This document shows positions 9,963 to 19,674 of a DNA stretch of 64,000 nt, piece by piece. The stretch is from Oligoflexia bacterium (GTDB lineage Bacteria; Bdellovibrionota; UBA1018), in assembly GCA_903895855.1 (NCBI GenBank), contig CAITVN010000080.1:48092-112091 (forward strand). The letters run 5' to 3'. The position numbers were made by a program, and so were the translations under genes. Positions within the stretch are counted from its first letter, which is position 1. Each line of letters starts with the position of its first letter. Under the pieces are notes generated by a model, which searched no databases, had not been told where the DNA came from, and saw only the letters and a list, made by a program, of their open reading frames with translations.

Positions 9963-11600
9963 TTAGCGAAGTGTAAAGAGCAATCTAATGTCTTCGTCAT
10001 CAAATGTTAAGCCTGCTCCGACCGTCCATGCAGTCTTACCATTCACCTGACGAAGAGATTCAAACCCGGCCTTCACATAGGCAGCCGCTAGCAACGACGG
10101 TTTTCCAATCCAAGGCTGAGTCTGAAAATTTAACCGAGCGTTGATCGGATTTCCGATACCTGGCGCATAAATATCGGTTCTAAACTGATACAGCCACTCT
10201 CGGTGATCAGGCCCAAATCCCATAGCAGCAGAAACACAGCCATCGCCGTGAAGCGCTCCCGCTGAAACATCCAGACGATCCCAAAGCACTTTACCCAACA
10301 TGAACGTCAGAACGGCAACTGACTGTTCAACTTTTGTCTCGTTTATGACCTTAGTCACCGTCGAAACAGTGCCATCAGCCGCAGTCGTGGTCGTCTGCTT
10401 GGTGGTCTGAGTTTGATTGTTGAGGCCGCGCGGATCAAAACTAATGCCCAAGAGGTAATAGCGATTGTGCTCTGGCCAGACCCCTAATCGCAACCAACCT
10501 CTACCACTGGTGTGTGCGGGATGATACTCTGAGCCAAAATCGATGATGAATTGAACTTTCTTCACTTTACCCAAAAGTTTATTCAATGATTCAGCAGCCT
10601 CAGAAACCTGATTGGCGTACTTGGGATCATTGAGCAGCATTCCGAGTGACCCTTCGCCTCGATTAACGCGAGTGAGCATGTCTCTTAACTGTTCAATGCC
10701 GTCTTCGAGTTTTGCCAAAGTTCTTTGCGCAGTCGTATTCAACCCGCCCTCAGGCGAAAGTGTTTTCGAAGCATTTTCTAAAGTCTGGTTGAGTTTAGTC
10801 ATGGTTTGCTTGAGCTCAACCGGATCAATGGCTTCTTTCAAGTTACCGGTCAACGTGTGCATTTCTTCGACAAGACTATCGACCTGGTTAACCACGTGAT
10901 CCATGTCTTTGTCTCGCTGCCCAACGGGAATTTCTCGCGCAGCAAAGCTTGAATGTGAGAGCATCGAAACCACCAATGAACCCAATAAAACTTGCTTGCT
11001 AAAAAGCCGATCTAGACGACTTCTTATTTGTACTGGTCGATTCACCGATTGTTCTCCTTTACCCGATTTGGGGTCTTCATTTGATAATTTTTCGAGCACT
11101 ATCCCTTTGAGCTGTTTCGAACGTTCTCCCGAACGATCCTTCAAGTGATCTCGAATTGGCGAGGATTTGGGTTCACCGGCCTTCTCGGGCTTCTCAGGTT
11201 TATCATTTTCTTTCAAATTACCTTCTACCCGTTTTGCCCCTGTGTATTTCACGGGCCTTAACTCAACAAATTTATCACCCAAGATTCCGTCAGCCCGAAT
11301 GTAAGCCGTGGTCTGAGCCAGAATTTCAACCGGAGCCGTAATGCAAATTCCGAGTTTTACGTGAGTTTCTGAGAGTTCAACGGCTTGAAGGTAACCGATC
11401 TCTAACCCAAGAGAGCGAATCGGGCTTTTCAGCTTTAGTCCGGTCGCATCTTCAACACTGATTTGAACCAGCTGACAAGGACGCCACCAAAACGGGCGAT
11501 CGTTAACAAAAACGGTGACCGCACCAATCAAAGCGATACCAAGTAATGTGAACACTCCGACCCGAAAACGGGTTTCAATGCTGGCTGAATGTGAACTCAT
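9963..11600 (-). CDS. mlaD: MCE/MlaD family protein
   Basis: N-terminal TM; GLKLKSPIRSLGLEIG and GILGDKFVEL; helical region; follows mlaE. Confidence 0.85.
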   Translation of the reverse strand: MSSHSASIETRFRVGVFTLLGIALIGAVTVFVNDRPFWWRPCQLVQISVEDATGLKLKSPIRSLGLEIGYLQAVELSETHVKLGICITAPVEILAQTTAYIRADGILGDKFVELRPVKYTGAKRVEGNLKENDKPEKPEKAGEPKSSPIRDHLKDRSGERSKQLKGIVLEKLSNEDPKSGKGEQSVNRPVQIRSRLDRLFSKQVLLGSLVVSMLSHSSFAAREIPVGQRDKDMDHVVNQVDSLVEEMHTLTGNLKEAIDPVELKQTMTKLNQTLENASKTLSPEGGLNTTAQRTLAKLEDGIEQLRDMLTRVNRGEGSLGMLLNDPKYANQVSEAAESLNKLLGKVKKVQFIIDFGSEYHPAHTSGRGWLRLGVWPEHNRYYLLGISFDPRGLNNQTQTTKQTTTTAADGTVSTVTKVINETKVEQSVAVLTFMLGKVLWDRLDVSAGALHGDGCVSAAMGFGPDHREWLYQFRTDIYAPGIGNPINARLNFQTQPWIGKPSLLAAAYVKAGFESLRQVNGKTAWTVGAGLTFDDEDIRLLFTLR

Positions 11601-11700
11601 CTCAAAATTCCTCTCAATTAAACACCCAAACTCTTACCCAAACATCACCACCGTCTACGGTTGAACATCACCGCAGCCTATGGCTGAAAATACCCCAACC

Positions 11701-12588
11701 TCAGCGCCCCAAAAGATCTGGAATCGCCATCAACGCTTTTCGATAAGGCAAAATCGAAGTCAAAAGATAATCAGTGGCCAAAATCCACAGTAAAGCCGTG
11801 ACTACCGTCGACCGGGTAGCATAACCAACGGCAGACGCTCCGCCTTCAGCTTTTAACCCATGAAAACAGGCAATCGTACTGAACACAAAGCCAAAACAAA
11901 TACTCTTAATGGTTATGTGCCAAAGGTCAATCGAATCAACCCACTTTGCATACACATCCCAAAAAATCGCATGATCAAGCCCCATCACTCCGCAGCCAAT
12001 GAACTCAGCAGCTAGTGAGCCGACTCCTGCAAAAAAAACGGCCAGAAGCGGCATCATCAGCGTACTCGCCACCACCCTCGGCATCACTAAAAATTCGATC
12101 GGGTCAATCGCCATCACTTCCAGGGCATCAATCTGCTCGCTCACTTTCATAGAAGACAACTCGGCGGCCATCGCGGCTCCCGCTCGCCCACTCACCATAA
12201 TAGAAGCCATTACTGGCGCCATTTCGCGAAATAAACTCACACCCACAGCACCACCCAACATCGCCTGGGCGCCGAAAATCTGAAAAGAAATGTACAATTG
12301 ATACCCAAGAACTGACCCCATAAAAAGAGAAGCGATAATCACCACGGGCATTGAGCTTACGCCCACAAACTCACACTGATGTAAAAATGAGTCCCAGCGG
12401 TAAAAGAACCGACGAAGCGCTTTCAGCGTTTGAGCAACGAATAGGGTGTAGTCTCCAAAACCAAGCGTCCACCCCTGTGCCATTGCAAAAAAAGAGTGAG
12501 TCGACTCACCCAAAGCCTCAACTGACTCTGTGGCCAGGTCGATTTCACCACTCGAACTCGGTTTGTCAGTTTTTCGATCTTTCGTCAT
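11701..12588 (-). CDS. mlaE: MlaE family ABC permease
   Basis: REMAPV, GRAGAAMAAEL, MKVSEQIDALEVMAIDP and VGYATRSTVV motifs. Confidence 0.92.
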   Translation of the reverse strand: MTKDRKTDKPSSSGEIDLATESVEALGESTHSFFAMAQGWTLGFGDYTLFVAQTLKALRRFFYRWDSFLHQCEFVGVSSMPVVIIASLFMGSVLGYQLYISFQIFGAQAMLGGAVGVSLFREMAPVMASIMVSGRAGAAMAAELSSMKVSEQIDALEVMAIDPIEFLVMPRVVASTLMMPLLAVFFAGVGSLAAEFIGCGVMGLDHAIFWDVYAKWVDSIDLWHITIKSICFGFVFSTIACFHGLKAEGGASAVGYATRSTVVTALLWILATDYLLTSILPYRKALMAIPDLLGR

Positions 12589-12650
12589 GAATGAGAGGGT
12601 AAACTAATTTGTTTGCAATTTCGAGTACTCTGAGCTTTTTTGTTTGGCAT

Positions 12651-12986
12651 ATGAGCTCAACCGTAAATTTGATACCGACACACATCGAACCCCACAACGA
12701 TCACGAAATGAAAATTGCCTGGAACGCAGGCGACTCTTACGCCCTTTCTTACGAAGAAATGCGCTTTCAGTGCCCTTGCGCCGGCTGCGTTGACGAGCAC
12801 ACCGGTAAACGCACCCTAAAGCGCGAAGCCATCCGAAAAGACATCAAACCCAAGGGAGTCGAACTGATAGGCCGCTACGCCATTTCGGTCGCGTGGAACG
12901 ACAACCATTCAAGCGGAATGCTAAACTTCGACCGCCTGCGATCACTGTGCGAAGAACACGGCAAACTTCTCGAATCGGCAGTTTAG
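12651..12986 (+). CDS. DUF971 / GBBH N-terminal-like protein
   Basis: CPCAGC, GRYAISVAWNDNHSSG. Confidence 0.85.
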   Translation: MSSTVNLIPTHIEPHNDHEMKIAWNAGDSYALSYEEMRFQCPCAGCVDEHTGKRTLKREAIRKDIKPKGVELIGRYAISVAWNDNHSSGMLNFDRLRSLCEEHGKLLESAV

Positions 12987-13026
12987 CACTGAAGGGATTA
13001 CGACAGGGCTAAACCTAGGGCTGTAC

Positions 13027-14640
13027 CTAGGGCAAGTGGGCCAGCACCTTCAAAACCCGAGAGATCGCCGCCTCGTCCAGCGGCCCCATGAGGTCTGGCT
13101 GATCGCCATCACTCACGCGACAGCACTCAAAGTAACCAGCCTGAGCTTCCTGGTACTGATTGACCAGATCTGCGCCTTGTTTCTGAAGCGTCACCTCCCA
13201 CGCAATCGCCACTCGTAGTTTTTCAGCGATTTCAGAACCACCTGCGCCCTTTGGAGTATCTATCGCCCCAGGCAGCCCAAAATGCGCGAGACTGATCTCG
13301 TTAACCAGTTGTTGCTGGGTTTGCTGATTCTTGATCGCAAGAGCTTCAATCCGAAGCAAACGTTCGCCCAAAGCCCCCAGCAAAGACGACAAGCGCTCGG
13401 CTTGTGAAGGTCCAAAAGTTCCTCCCAAATAGGCCCCAATCATACCCTCGGCTTCGGCCTCACTCGACTCTTTAGTGAAAGACCCTTGAACCGAAAGTTG
13501 GTACCCGCGGCCCTCATCTTCGAATCCTAAGGCCAGTTTAGCGGCGTGGTGATCATCAAAATTAGTTTCGTAGCTCGTTTTCAGCATCATCGAATAAAGT
13601 CGATTACCGCCAATACTGCCTTTGCGCACGTAGGCGTCAATGAGCCCATAGAAATCACCCTCTTTTGTCGGATCGCCGTGCGATTGAATGTATTTTGCCC
13701 CGGCGGTGAGTTCAACCTCCCAGCCGGCAACCGAACCCAGGTGTTCGAGCCATTGACTCGTCACCATCGCCTGAAACGACCGCACTTCGGCGTCTTCTTT
13801 TGAATCTTTTTCAGCATTCAAATGTTCAATTCCGCCAATGCCTAGCGAAACGTAACGACTAGACAAGCGCAAACCGTAATCAAAAGTTGGAGTCCATTTA
13901 AATCCGAGGTCTTCGACCCCACCGTACCAGCCCAGCGCAAATTTGCCGTCGCCCACGTTTACGATTTTTCCGCTCATTCGAAGAGTGAGATTATCGTTAG
14001 CCGCGTAGAGTGCGGCCACTGCAAGACCCAGCCAAATATCGTAGCGCACGATATTGCGCTTCCATCTATTCCACGCTTTTAGGTCGTTTTTTTCTGGAAA
14101 AAACGAAAGCCTCGACAAAATAAAGACACCCAGATCGACCACCTCTGAGGTCGAGAAATGATTGCCAAACGCTGAAGCGAGATTAGAAACCATCTCTTCA
14201 CTCGCTTTGTCGTTCAAGACAACCGGTATCGGGTTCTCGCCTAACGACTCGCCACCTGGCGGGGGGCTCGCAATTTCAAGATGCTGAAGGTGTTCAGCCA
14301 AGAAAGTGAACAGTTCCATTCTCAGTCGTGGCGGCAACGTGAGGAGCTTCGCCTGGGTTGAGCGTTCAAGCATCCACGGATCACCGACCATTTCGTCAAT
14401 CATCGCATCGTTGACCAACCAAGGGCGGCCTGAGAGCAAAATCAATAGGCGATGTTTAAAATCTTCGATCCCACGAAACTCATGCTTTAAACTAGGAGCA
14501 GTGAACCCCACACCTGTACCCGAACGAATGGCACCCGGCAGGTCGGCTCGCGCTTGAGTGATTGCCAATAGCAAGAAGAGCGTCGTGATGAGCACGACGA
14601 CAGAAACGAGACCACGGTTAATCAATGAGGCAATCCACAT
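13027..14640 (-). CDS. Secreted hypothetical protein
   Basis: 537-aa ORF with signal peptide; beta-rich middle and coiled C-terminus. Confidence 0.65.
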   Translation of the reverse strand: MWIASLINRGLVSVVVLITTLFLLLAITQARADLPGAIRSGTGVGFTAPSLKHEFRGIEDFKHRLLILLSGRPWLVNDAMIDEMVGDPWMLERSTQAKLLTLPPRLRMELFTFLAEHLQHLEIASPPPGGESLGENPIPVVLNDKASEEMVSNLASAFGNHFSTSEVVDLGVFILSRLSFFPEKNDLKAWNRWKRNIVRYDIWLGLAVAALYAANDNLTLRMSGKIVNVGDGKFALGWYGGVEDLGFKWTPTFDYGLRLSSRYVSLGIGGIEHLNAEKDSKEDAEVRSFQAMVTSQWLEHLGSVAGWEVELTAGAKYIQSHGDPTKEGDFYGLIDAYVRKGSIGGNRLYSMMLKTSYETNFDDHHAAKLALGFEDEGRGYQLSVQGSFTKESSEAEAEGMIGAYLGGTFGPSQAERLSSLLGALGERLLRIEALAIKNQQTQQQLVNEISLAHFGLPGAIDTPKGAGGSEIAEKLRVAIAWEVTLQKQGADLVNQYQEAQAGYFECCRVSDGDQPDLMGPLDEAAISRVLKVLAHLP

Positions 14641-15037
14641 AGATGAGTCGCGTCATATCACAACTAACCTGATTGAAACAGTCAATAATTAAAGTGTGTG
14701 ATTTCAATTGGTTGACAGACACATTTTCAGCGCGTTGCCAAAAAATTCAGGGATTTTCACCCTCGCGTTTTTCGGCTTTCTTTCAGGCAATCTTTCACCA
14801 TTCCTCGGCCATGTAGAACGGCAGCGCTCGGTCTGATCGTTCGGGCCGGCACTTAGCCCGATCACTGAATTGCTGCAATTGGCGCCCCGACTCGCCACGA
14901 AATCTCGCCGCGAATTCGCGGTTTCAAATCGCGTGTGAAGTCTCATTTGAAATCTTGACTAAAATCTCGAGATTTTTTCTTCTTGTCGATATCTTTATGC
15001 CATGACATAAGTATCAAATAACCATTGCCCCATCAAA

Positions 15038-15664
15038 TTGTTAAATTTTATGAAAAACAAACGTCGCCCATACCAACCCATTTTTCCGGGCTTTAACCGA
15101 ACGACTGCCAAAGGTGCCCACGGCGGAGACCATACCTACGGAAAACGCAAGACTAAGCGCCCCTTTGATCCCAAACAGGCCCTGCATGTCGTTTTAAAAT
15201 CAAGCAAAGCGAAGGGGCAGTACTCCATGCTACACCCGCAACACTGCAATCACATCCGCAAGCTCATGACTCGACTAAAAACCCGCTGGCAAATCGCTGT
15301 TTATCGCTACGCAAACGTAGGAAACCACTTACACCTTCTCATACGGGCAAAATCTCTCGCAGACTGGCAGGGGTTTATTCGCGAGTTTTCTGGTGGCATT
15401 GCGATGATTGTAACGGGTGCTAAGAAAAGTCATGGCCTAGCCCGCTCAAAGTCAAAAGAGGTTTGCGAGAGCGCTAAGCGCGGTTTCTGGGATCACCTCG
15501 TCTTCACGCGCATCGTGCGTTTCGGGAAAGACTTCATAGCAGTCGCTGAATACGTTTTAAAAAACCTTTGGGAGGCCGCTGGAATACCCGTTCGCAAATT
15601 TCTTGCTAACGGCTACCGGATTCTCGAGTTTGACGAAGAAGGTTTTGTCTTGGTCGCTGAATAA
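15038..15664 (+). mobile_element. HUH/Y1 tyrosine transposase (IS200 TnpA / RAYT-like)
   Basis: YANVGNHLHLLIR (HUH); FW...FTRIV and AEYVLKN (catalytic Tyr helix); no tnpB nearby. Confidence 0.75.
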
Positions 15665-15859
15665 ATAATGAACTTCATTATTCGGCCGTCGCGAGGTTTT
15701 CGCGCGAAGATGCACCTCAACTTCGCGAACTTTTCATCAAGACGATTGTATCGTTTAATCGCGAAATCTCTACCTCGAAAGAAGAAACAGTTCGAACACT
15801 GATTGTCGATTTTTTTTCGCTTTAGGCGCGCTAATTCCTATGCGTGCTGTTCGAAGACC

Positions 15860-16270
15860 TCAAGGCATCAATTCGCCATTCCAGAGCAATTCAATAAACT
15901 TCTTAAATGGCAAAACAATGATGCCGTCGTCGGTCTTTCGAATTTCAGTCTCCAGGCAAACGACATATCGCGCCTTCAACGGGGCCTCTTTCATCAAAAC
16001 ACGCAATCCCGAAAATTCGTTCTCAGTGAGGCGTGATTTACCCTTCACCTCAATCGCGACGTTTGGCTCCCCTTCTTGGATGTGTGATTAGCTTACGAAA
16101 GGCTTCATTCTCTAACAATGAATAGGTTTTAATGCCACTGAACTGCTGCGCAATGAGCCTCGTTTTACCCGTTTGTCTTGGCCCCAAAAGAAGCTGCGAC
16201 TTCTGAGAGAGTAGATCATCACCGAGAGCAGTCGTTTAATATTGGGGCCTAAGTTTTTGGTACTCAAAGG
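15860..16270 (-). pseudogene. AAA+ ATPase (DUF4143-type) remnant with large internal deletion
   Basis: N-terminal LLLGPRQTGKT (Walker A) joined out of frame near 16075 to C-terminal VAIEVKGK...IIVLPFKKFIELLW. Confidence 0.75.
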
Positions 16271-16311
16271 ATCACCTCAAGAACCCAGAATATCACCTTG
16301 CCTCGCACATG

Positions 16312-16356
16312 ACGGCGCTGTCGTCATATTTCTAGTAAAATTGACGACAGCGCCGT
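16312..16356. repeat. 15-bp perfect inverted repeat upstream of the ATPase remnant
   Basis: acggcgctgtcgtca-N15-tgacgacagcgccgt. Confidence 0.8.
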
Positions 16357-16493
16357 TACGCAATAAAAAAACTTAAATAACAGATAGTTAAGTGTGACGA
16401 CCACCAGAAAACGACATTAAAGAAGACTCGCCGACGAAGAGCTCCTATCAGACATCATGCGAGTGGTGAATTCGATGTGGTCTTTAAGAAAAT

Positions 16494-17096
16494 CTACTCA
16501 TCAACGTGCTCACTCACCGATTCGAGTTCGACCGAATCGACTTCGTCTTCCACTGCGTTTTGCGATAGCTGATCATGGGTGTCCCAATAACCTTTTTCAG
16601 TTTTAAGAGAATGCAAAACAAACAAACTTCCAGAGGCGTCGCCTATGGCATCATCCAGATACTGCAAAAATGTGCCATAAAGGCAAACTTCGCTTGAACC
16701 TTCTAAAAGTGATTTCCAACGAAGAAGGGTTTTTTCAGTGTCTAACTGAAGATCGGTTTCGGGTGAAAATGCGAAATACTCATCAGCTCTCTCAATAGTA
16801 ACCTGAGGCCAATCTGTCCACGCGTCGGTTAATTTTATTTGAGCTTTTTCGATCTTGACTTGGTCAACCCGAAAACACATCTCTCGACTGTAGGTTTCCC
16901 AGCCATTATGAGATTCACCAGCGCCACTTGTCGTTTGGCGACTTTGCTCATCAGTGAATTCAAAACCAACCTCATCAGAAGCCAATAACGAATTTTGGTC
17001 CAAGCTCAGCAAGGGGCTTGAAACAAATAGCAATGAAATTGGCAAAATGAGAAAAGCGTTTTTATTAATGTATTTACTCAAAGTTATTTTCCGCAT
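16494..17096 (-). CDS. Secreted acidic hypothetical protein
   Basis: Signal-peptide-like N-terminus; overlaps the end of the SLT gene. Confidence 0.6.
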   Translation of the reverse strand: MRKITLSKYINKNAFLILPISLLFVSSPLLSLDQNSLLASDEVGFEFTDEQSRQTTSGAGESHNGWETYSREMCFRVDQVKIEKAQIKLTDAWTDWPQVTIERADEYFAFSPETDLQLDTEKTLLRWKSLLEGSSEVCLYGTFLQYLDDAIGDASGSLFVLHSLKTEKGYWDTHDQLSQNAVEDEVDSVELESVSEHVDE

Positions 17097-17971
17097 TTTT
17101 TTAGTGCCTCATCGTTCATCAAGAACGCCTTCATATTCTTCTCAACCTGCCTTGGGCCTTTATTAGAGAGGCCTTTGTATTCCTTGATCGCTTCTTCCCA
17201 ACTAGCCGAATGGCCAAGCTTTTGTGAAGCCCTTTCTCGCTTATAAATGAGCCATCTCACACCAGCGCAAATATTGTTATTGGGGTCATTCAGATCTGAC
17301 TTAGTCACATCTATATAGTGATCTTTTAGCTCACGTTTTTCATTTCCAAGAATTTTACGAGTTTCATTTGTAATTTGCATGAGCCCACGCGCGCTGTTGG
17401 AATTCTTCTTATTAGCAAGCTTGTTAGGATCAAATCCCGACTCGCTCGCAATGAGCGCTTTGACACAATTGGGTTCGAGCGGAATAGGAGGTTTCATGAC
17501 CTCATTCCAATACTGTACCCACCCCGCAATCAAGTCGTCATATTTACTGCCATTCTTAAACCTTAAAGGCAAAGGGCATGGCTTATCTTTCAGGCCAAAA
17601 AAGTTTTGCGTTGCAATCTCACTCATTTCTTCAGGATAGAGTTGATCTCTTCCTGAAGGATTATGCGCACAATGCTCATGCCTTGTTGTAGCTGAACCTG
17701 CAGGATCTTTCTTGCTCGGTGGTACATGCAATGAATGGGTTTTTACCCAATGTTGGCCATAAGGACAAACACGCCAAGGATGAATCTTTTCGTTAGAGAG
17801 CTTACCCTCTAAATGGATTTCTACTTGTTCTTCGTGAATAATCTTTTTGCTATTGGTTCTTCGATGCTTTTTTGAAGACTGTTTCGCTTCTGAACGCGTA
17901 CCCCGAAGGCCTCCGCCATTTTTTGCTCCCGCGTGTTCAGTTTTAGTTTTTAATCGTTTACTGAGCGACAT
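17084..17971 (-). CDS. Lytic transglycosylase (SLT) domain protein
   Basis: KALIASESGFDP, ARGLMQI, NICAGVRWL and EYKG motifs; no signal peptide. Confidence 0.85.
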   Translation of the reverse strand: MSLSKRLKTKTEHAGAKNGGGLRGTRSEAKQSSKKHRRTNSKKIIHEEQVEIHLEGKLSNEKIHPWRVCPYGQHWVKTHSLHVPPSKKDPAGSATTRHEHCAHNPSGRDQLYPEEMSEIATQNFFGLKDKPCPLPLRFKNGSKYDDLIAGWVQYWNEVMKPPIPLEPNCVKALIASESGFDPNKLANKKNSNSARGLMQITNETRKILGNEKRELKDHYIDVTKSDLNDPNNNICAGVRWLIYKRERASQKLGHSASWEEAIKEYKGLSNKGPRQVEKNMKAFLMNDEALKKCGK

Positions 17972-18145
17972 TTTATTGGCCCTCTTTGAATACCTTCGGG
18001 AATACCTTTCGAAAAGGTCTGGAGTACTATCCGACCAATCTACTGAATCGCAACTATTCTAGTCTTAAACCACAGCCTATTTCTGAGATCAAGGATAGCC
18101 TGAATGTCTCCAATGTAAACTCGCAACTTATCGAAAACAAAGGTG

Positions 18146-19450
18146 CTACAACTCCAGCGACTCAACAAAATCCAAATAATTTCCTGGCGACACAGGCTCA
18201 AGCGTCAGCCCCAACTCACGCTTGAGTGCTCGCGCAGTATTTTGTTCAACCCTTTCTTCTTGAGCTGCCGAATCGAGACTCACTTGAAACGCGCGCCGAG
18301 ATTTCGACCTTAGGTTAACCGCAATAAAGTCGACTTCACCCCCTTCTTGAGTGAGGTAGTAAAAGACTTCACAACCAGCTCGACGCAAATCAAGATACAC
18401 TAAATTTTCGAATAAGTGGCCAGTATTTTCAGCGCCAGCGAAACTCACTACATGGTGAAATTGAGCATCAATGATGTAGTTCTTTTTGGGATTTGAGTCT
18501 TGCTTGCGCCTAGACTCTGAATACAACGGGCACTGAAAACTGAGGTAAGCGTCTTCGATAAAGGCCAGCCAATCATAAACACTATCTTTACTCACTGAGT
18601 GCCCTTGGCTTTTTAGAGAAAGGTATAGCTTATTAGCCGAAATCAACTGACCTGGATTTCTTAATAACTGTAACACAAGGCCCTTCAATGCTGACTCATT
18701 TTTGATACTGTGACGTTCGATCAGATCACGCAAGAGCATCACGTCAAGGTAGTTTCTCATCAGGTCAAGCTTCAAAGATTTGGCAGTCATCGCAATCTCA
18801 GGCAAACCACCTTCATTTAAGTACTCGAAAAACCACTGTTGAATCTGATCAGCAACGCGTTGATCGGTGTTACGCAAATCCTCGTCAAGAACATACCCTT
18901 TCAACTCACGCCATTCGCGAAATGAGAATGGAAAAATTTCTCGCCCTAGCCCTCGGCCGCGCAATGAACCAGCAATTTCACGACTCAGCATTTTAGCCGA
19001 AGAACCGGTCACGATCATTTCACAATCACGCGTCTCAATAATTCTTCGTAACGGCAAAGCCCAGCCATCGACGTGTTGAATTTCATCAAAAAATAGGTAA
19101 TTTTTTTGGGAATGTCTTTGTGGGCTCATTTTGAAAAATTCGTCAATGAGCTTACCCAATACTTTATTGTCCATCGGTAAAAGGCGTTCATCTTCAAGAT
19201 TTAAGTACAGTATGTTATTCTCTAATCCTTGCTTAATGAGTGCTTCAATATGATTGAGTAACAAAGTGCTCTTACCTACACGCCGCAGACCTATGAGAGC
19301 TAACGCTTTCTTCGACTGACATTGAAGCGAGACATTTCGTAAAATGCGTTCACTCCTTAGGCGCTCAGTCAAACCGACCCAGGAAAACCTTATCATTTCA
19401 GAATGTTCCGATTCTCTCCTTCCCATAAGGAAAGAATACATAAAATCCAT
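18146..19450 (-). CDS. AAA+ ATPase (AAA_14 + DUF4143)
   Basis: GLRRVGKS, FFDEIQ, TGSS, GGLPE, FENLVY and EVDFI motifs. Confidence 0.9.
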   Translation of the reverse strand: MDFMYSFLMGRRESEHSEMIRFSWVGLTERLRSERILRNVSLQCQSKKALALIGLRRVGKSTLLLNHIEALIKQGLENNILYLNLEDERLLPMDNKVLGKLIDEFFKMSPQRHSQKNYLFFDEIQHVDGWALPLRRIIETRDCEMIVTGSSAKMLSREIAGSLRGRGLGREIFPFSFREWRELKGYVLDEDLRNTDQRVADQIQQWFFEYLNEGGLPEIAMTAKSLKLDLMRNYLDVMLLRDLIERHSIKNESALKGLVLQLLRNPGQLISANKLYLSLKSQGHSVSKDSVYDWLAFIEDAYLSFQCPLYSESRRKQDSNPKKNYIIDAQFHHVVSFAGAENTGHLFENLVYLDLRRAGCEVFYYLTQEGGEVDFIAVNLRSKSRRAFQVSLDSAAQEERVEQNTARALKRELGLTLEPVSPGNYLDFVESLEL

Positions 19451-19573
19451 CCTTATTGCAAGGAAAGCTTTTTTTGGTATTCAGCCAGGTCTTTGCGCCA
19501 AGTTTTTGCGAACGATACCGAAAAAACGGGCAATTTACACCCAACTTCTGCCACTCCAAAGGGTCCATAAACT

Positions 19574-19614
19574 CAAAACCCCAAGTAGTCTTCTCCAGAC
19601 CACTCAGGGTTTTG
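19574..19614 (-). terminator. Intrinsic terminator after vWA gene
   Basis: caaaaccctgagtggtct/agactacttggggttttg pairs with G-U wobbles on the minus strand. Confidence 0.6.
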
Positions 19615-19674
19615 TTGTTTTGACTTTTACATTAACCGTTCGTCAGAAGCTGAATTCCTGCGGTGGCTTCGCAG

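Noticed and set aside
11641..11686. Two imperfect 23-bp repeats with mini-hairpins between mlaE and mlaD as REP elements
   Set aside because: Only two degenerate copies, plus a 10-nt match near 6968; insufficient support.
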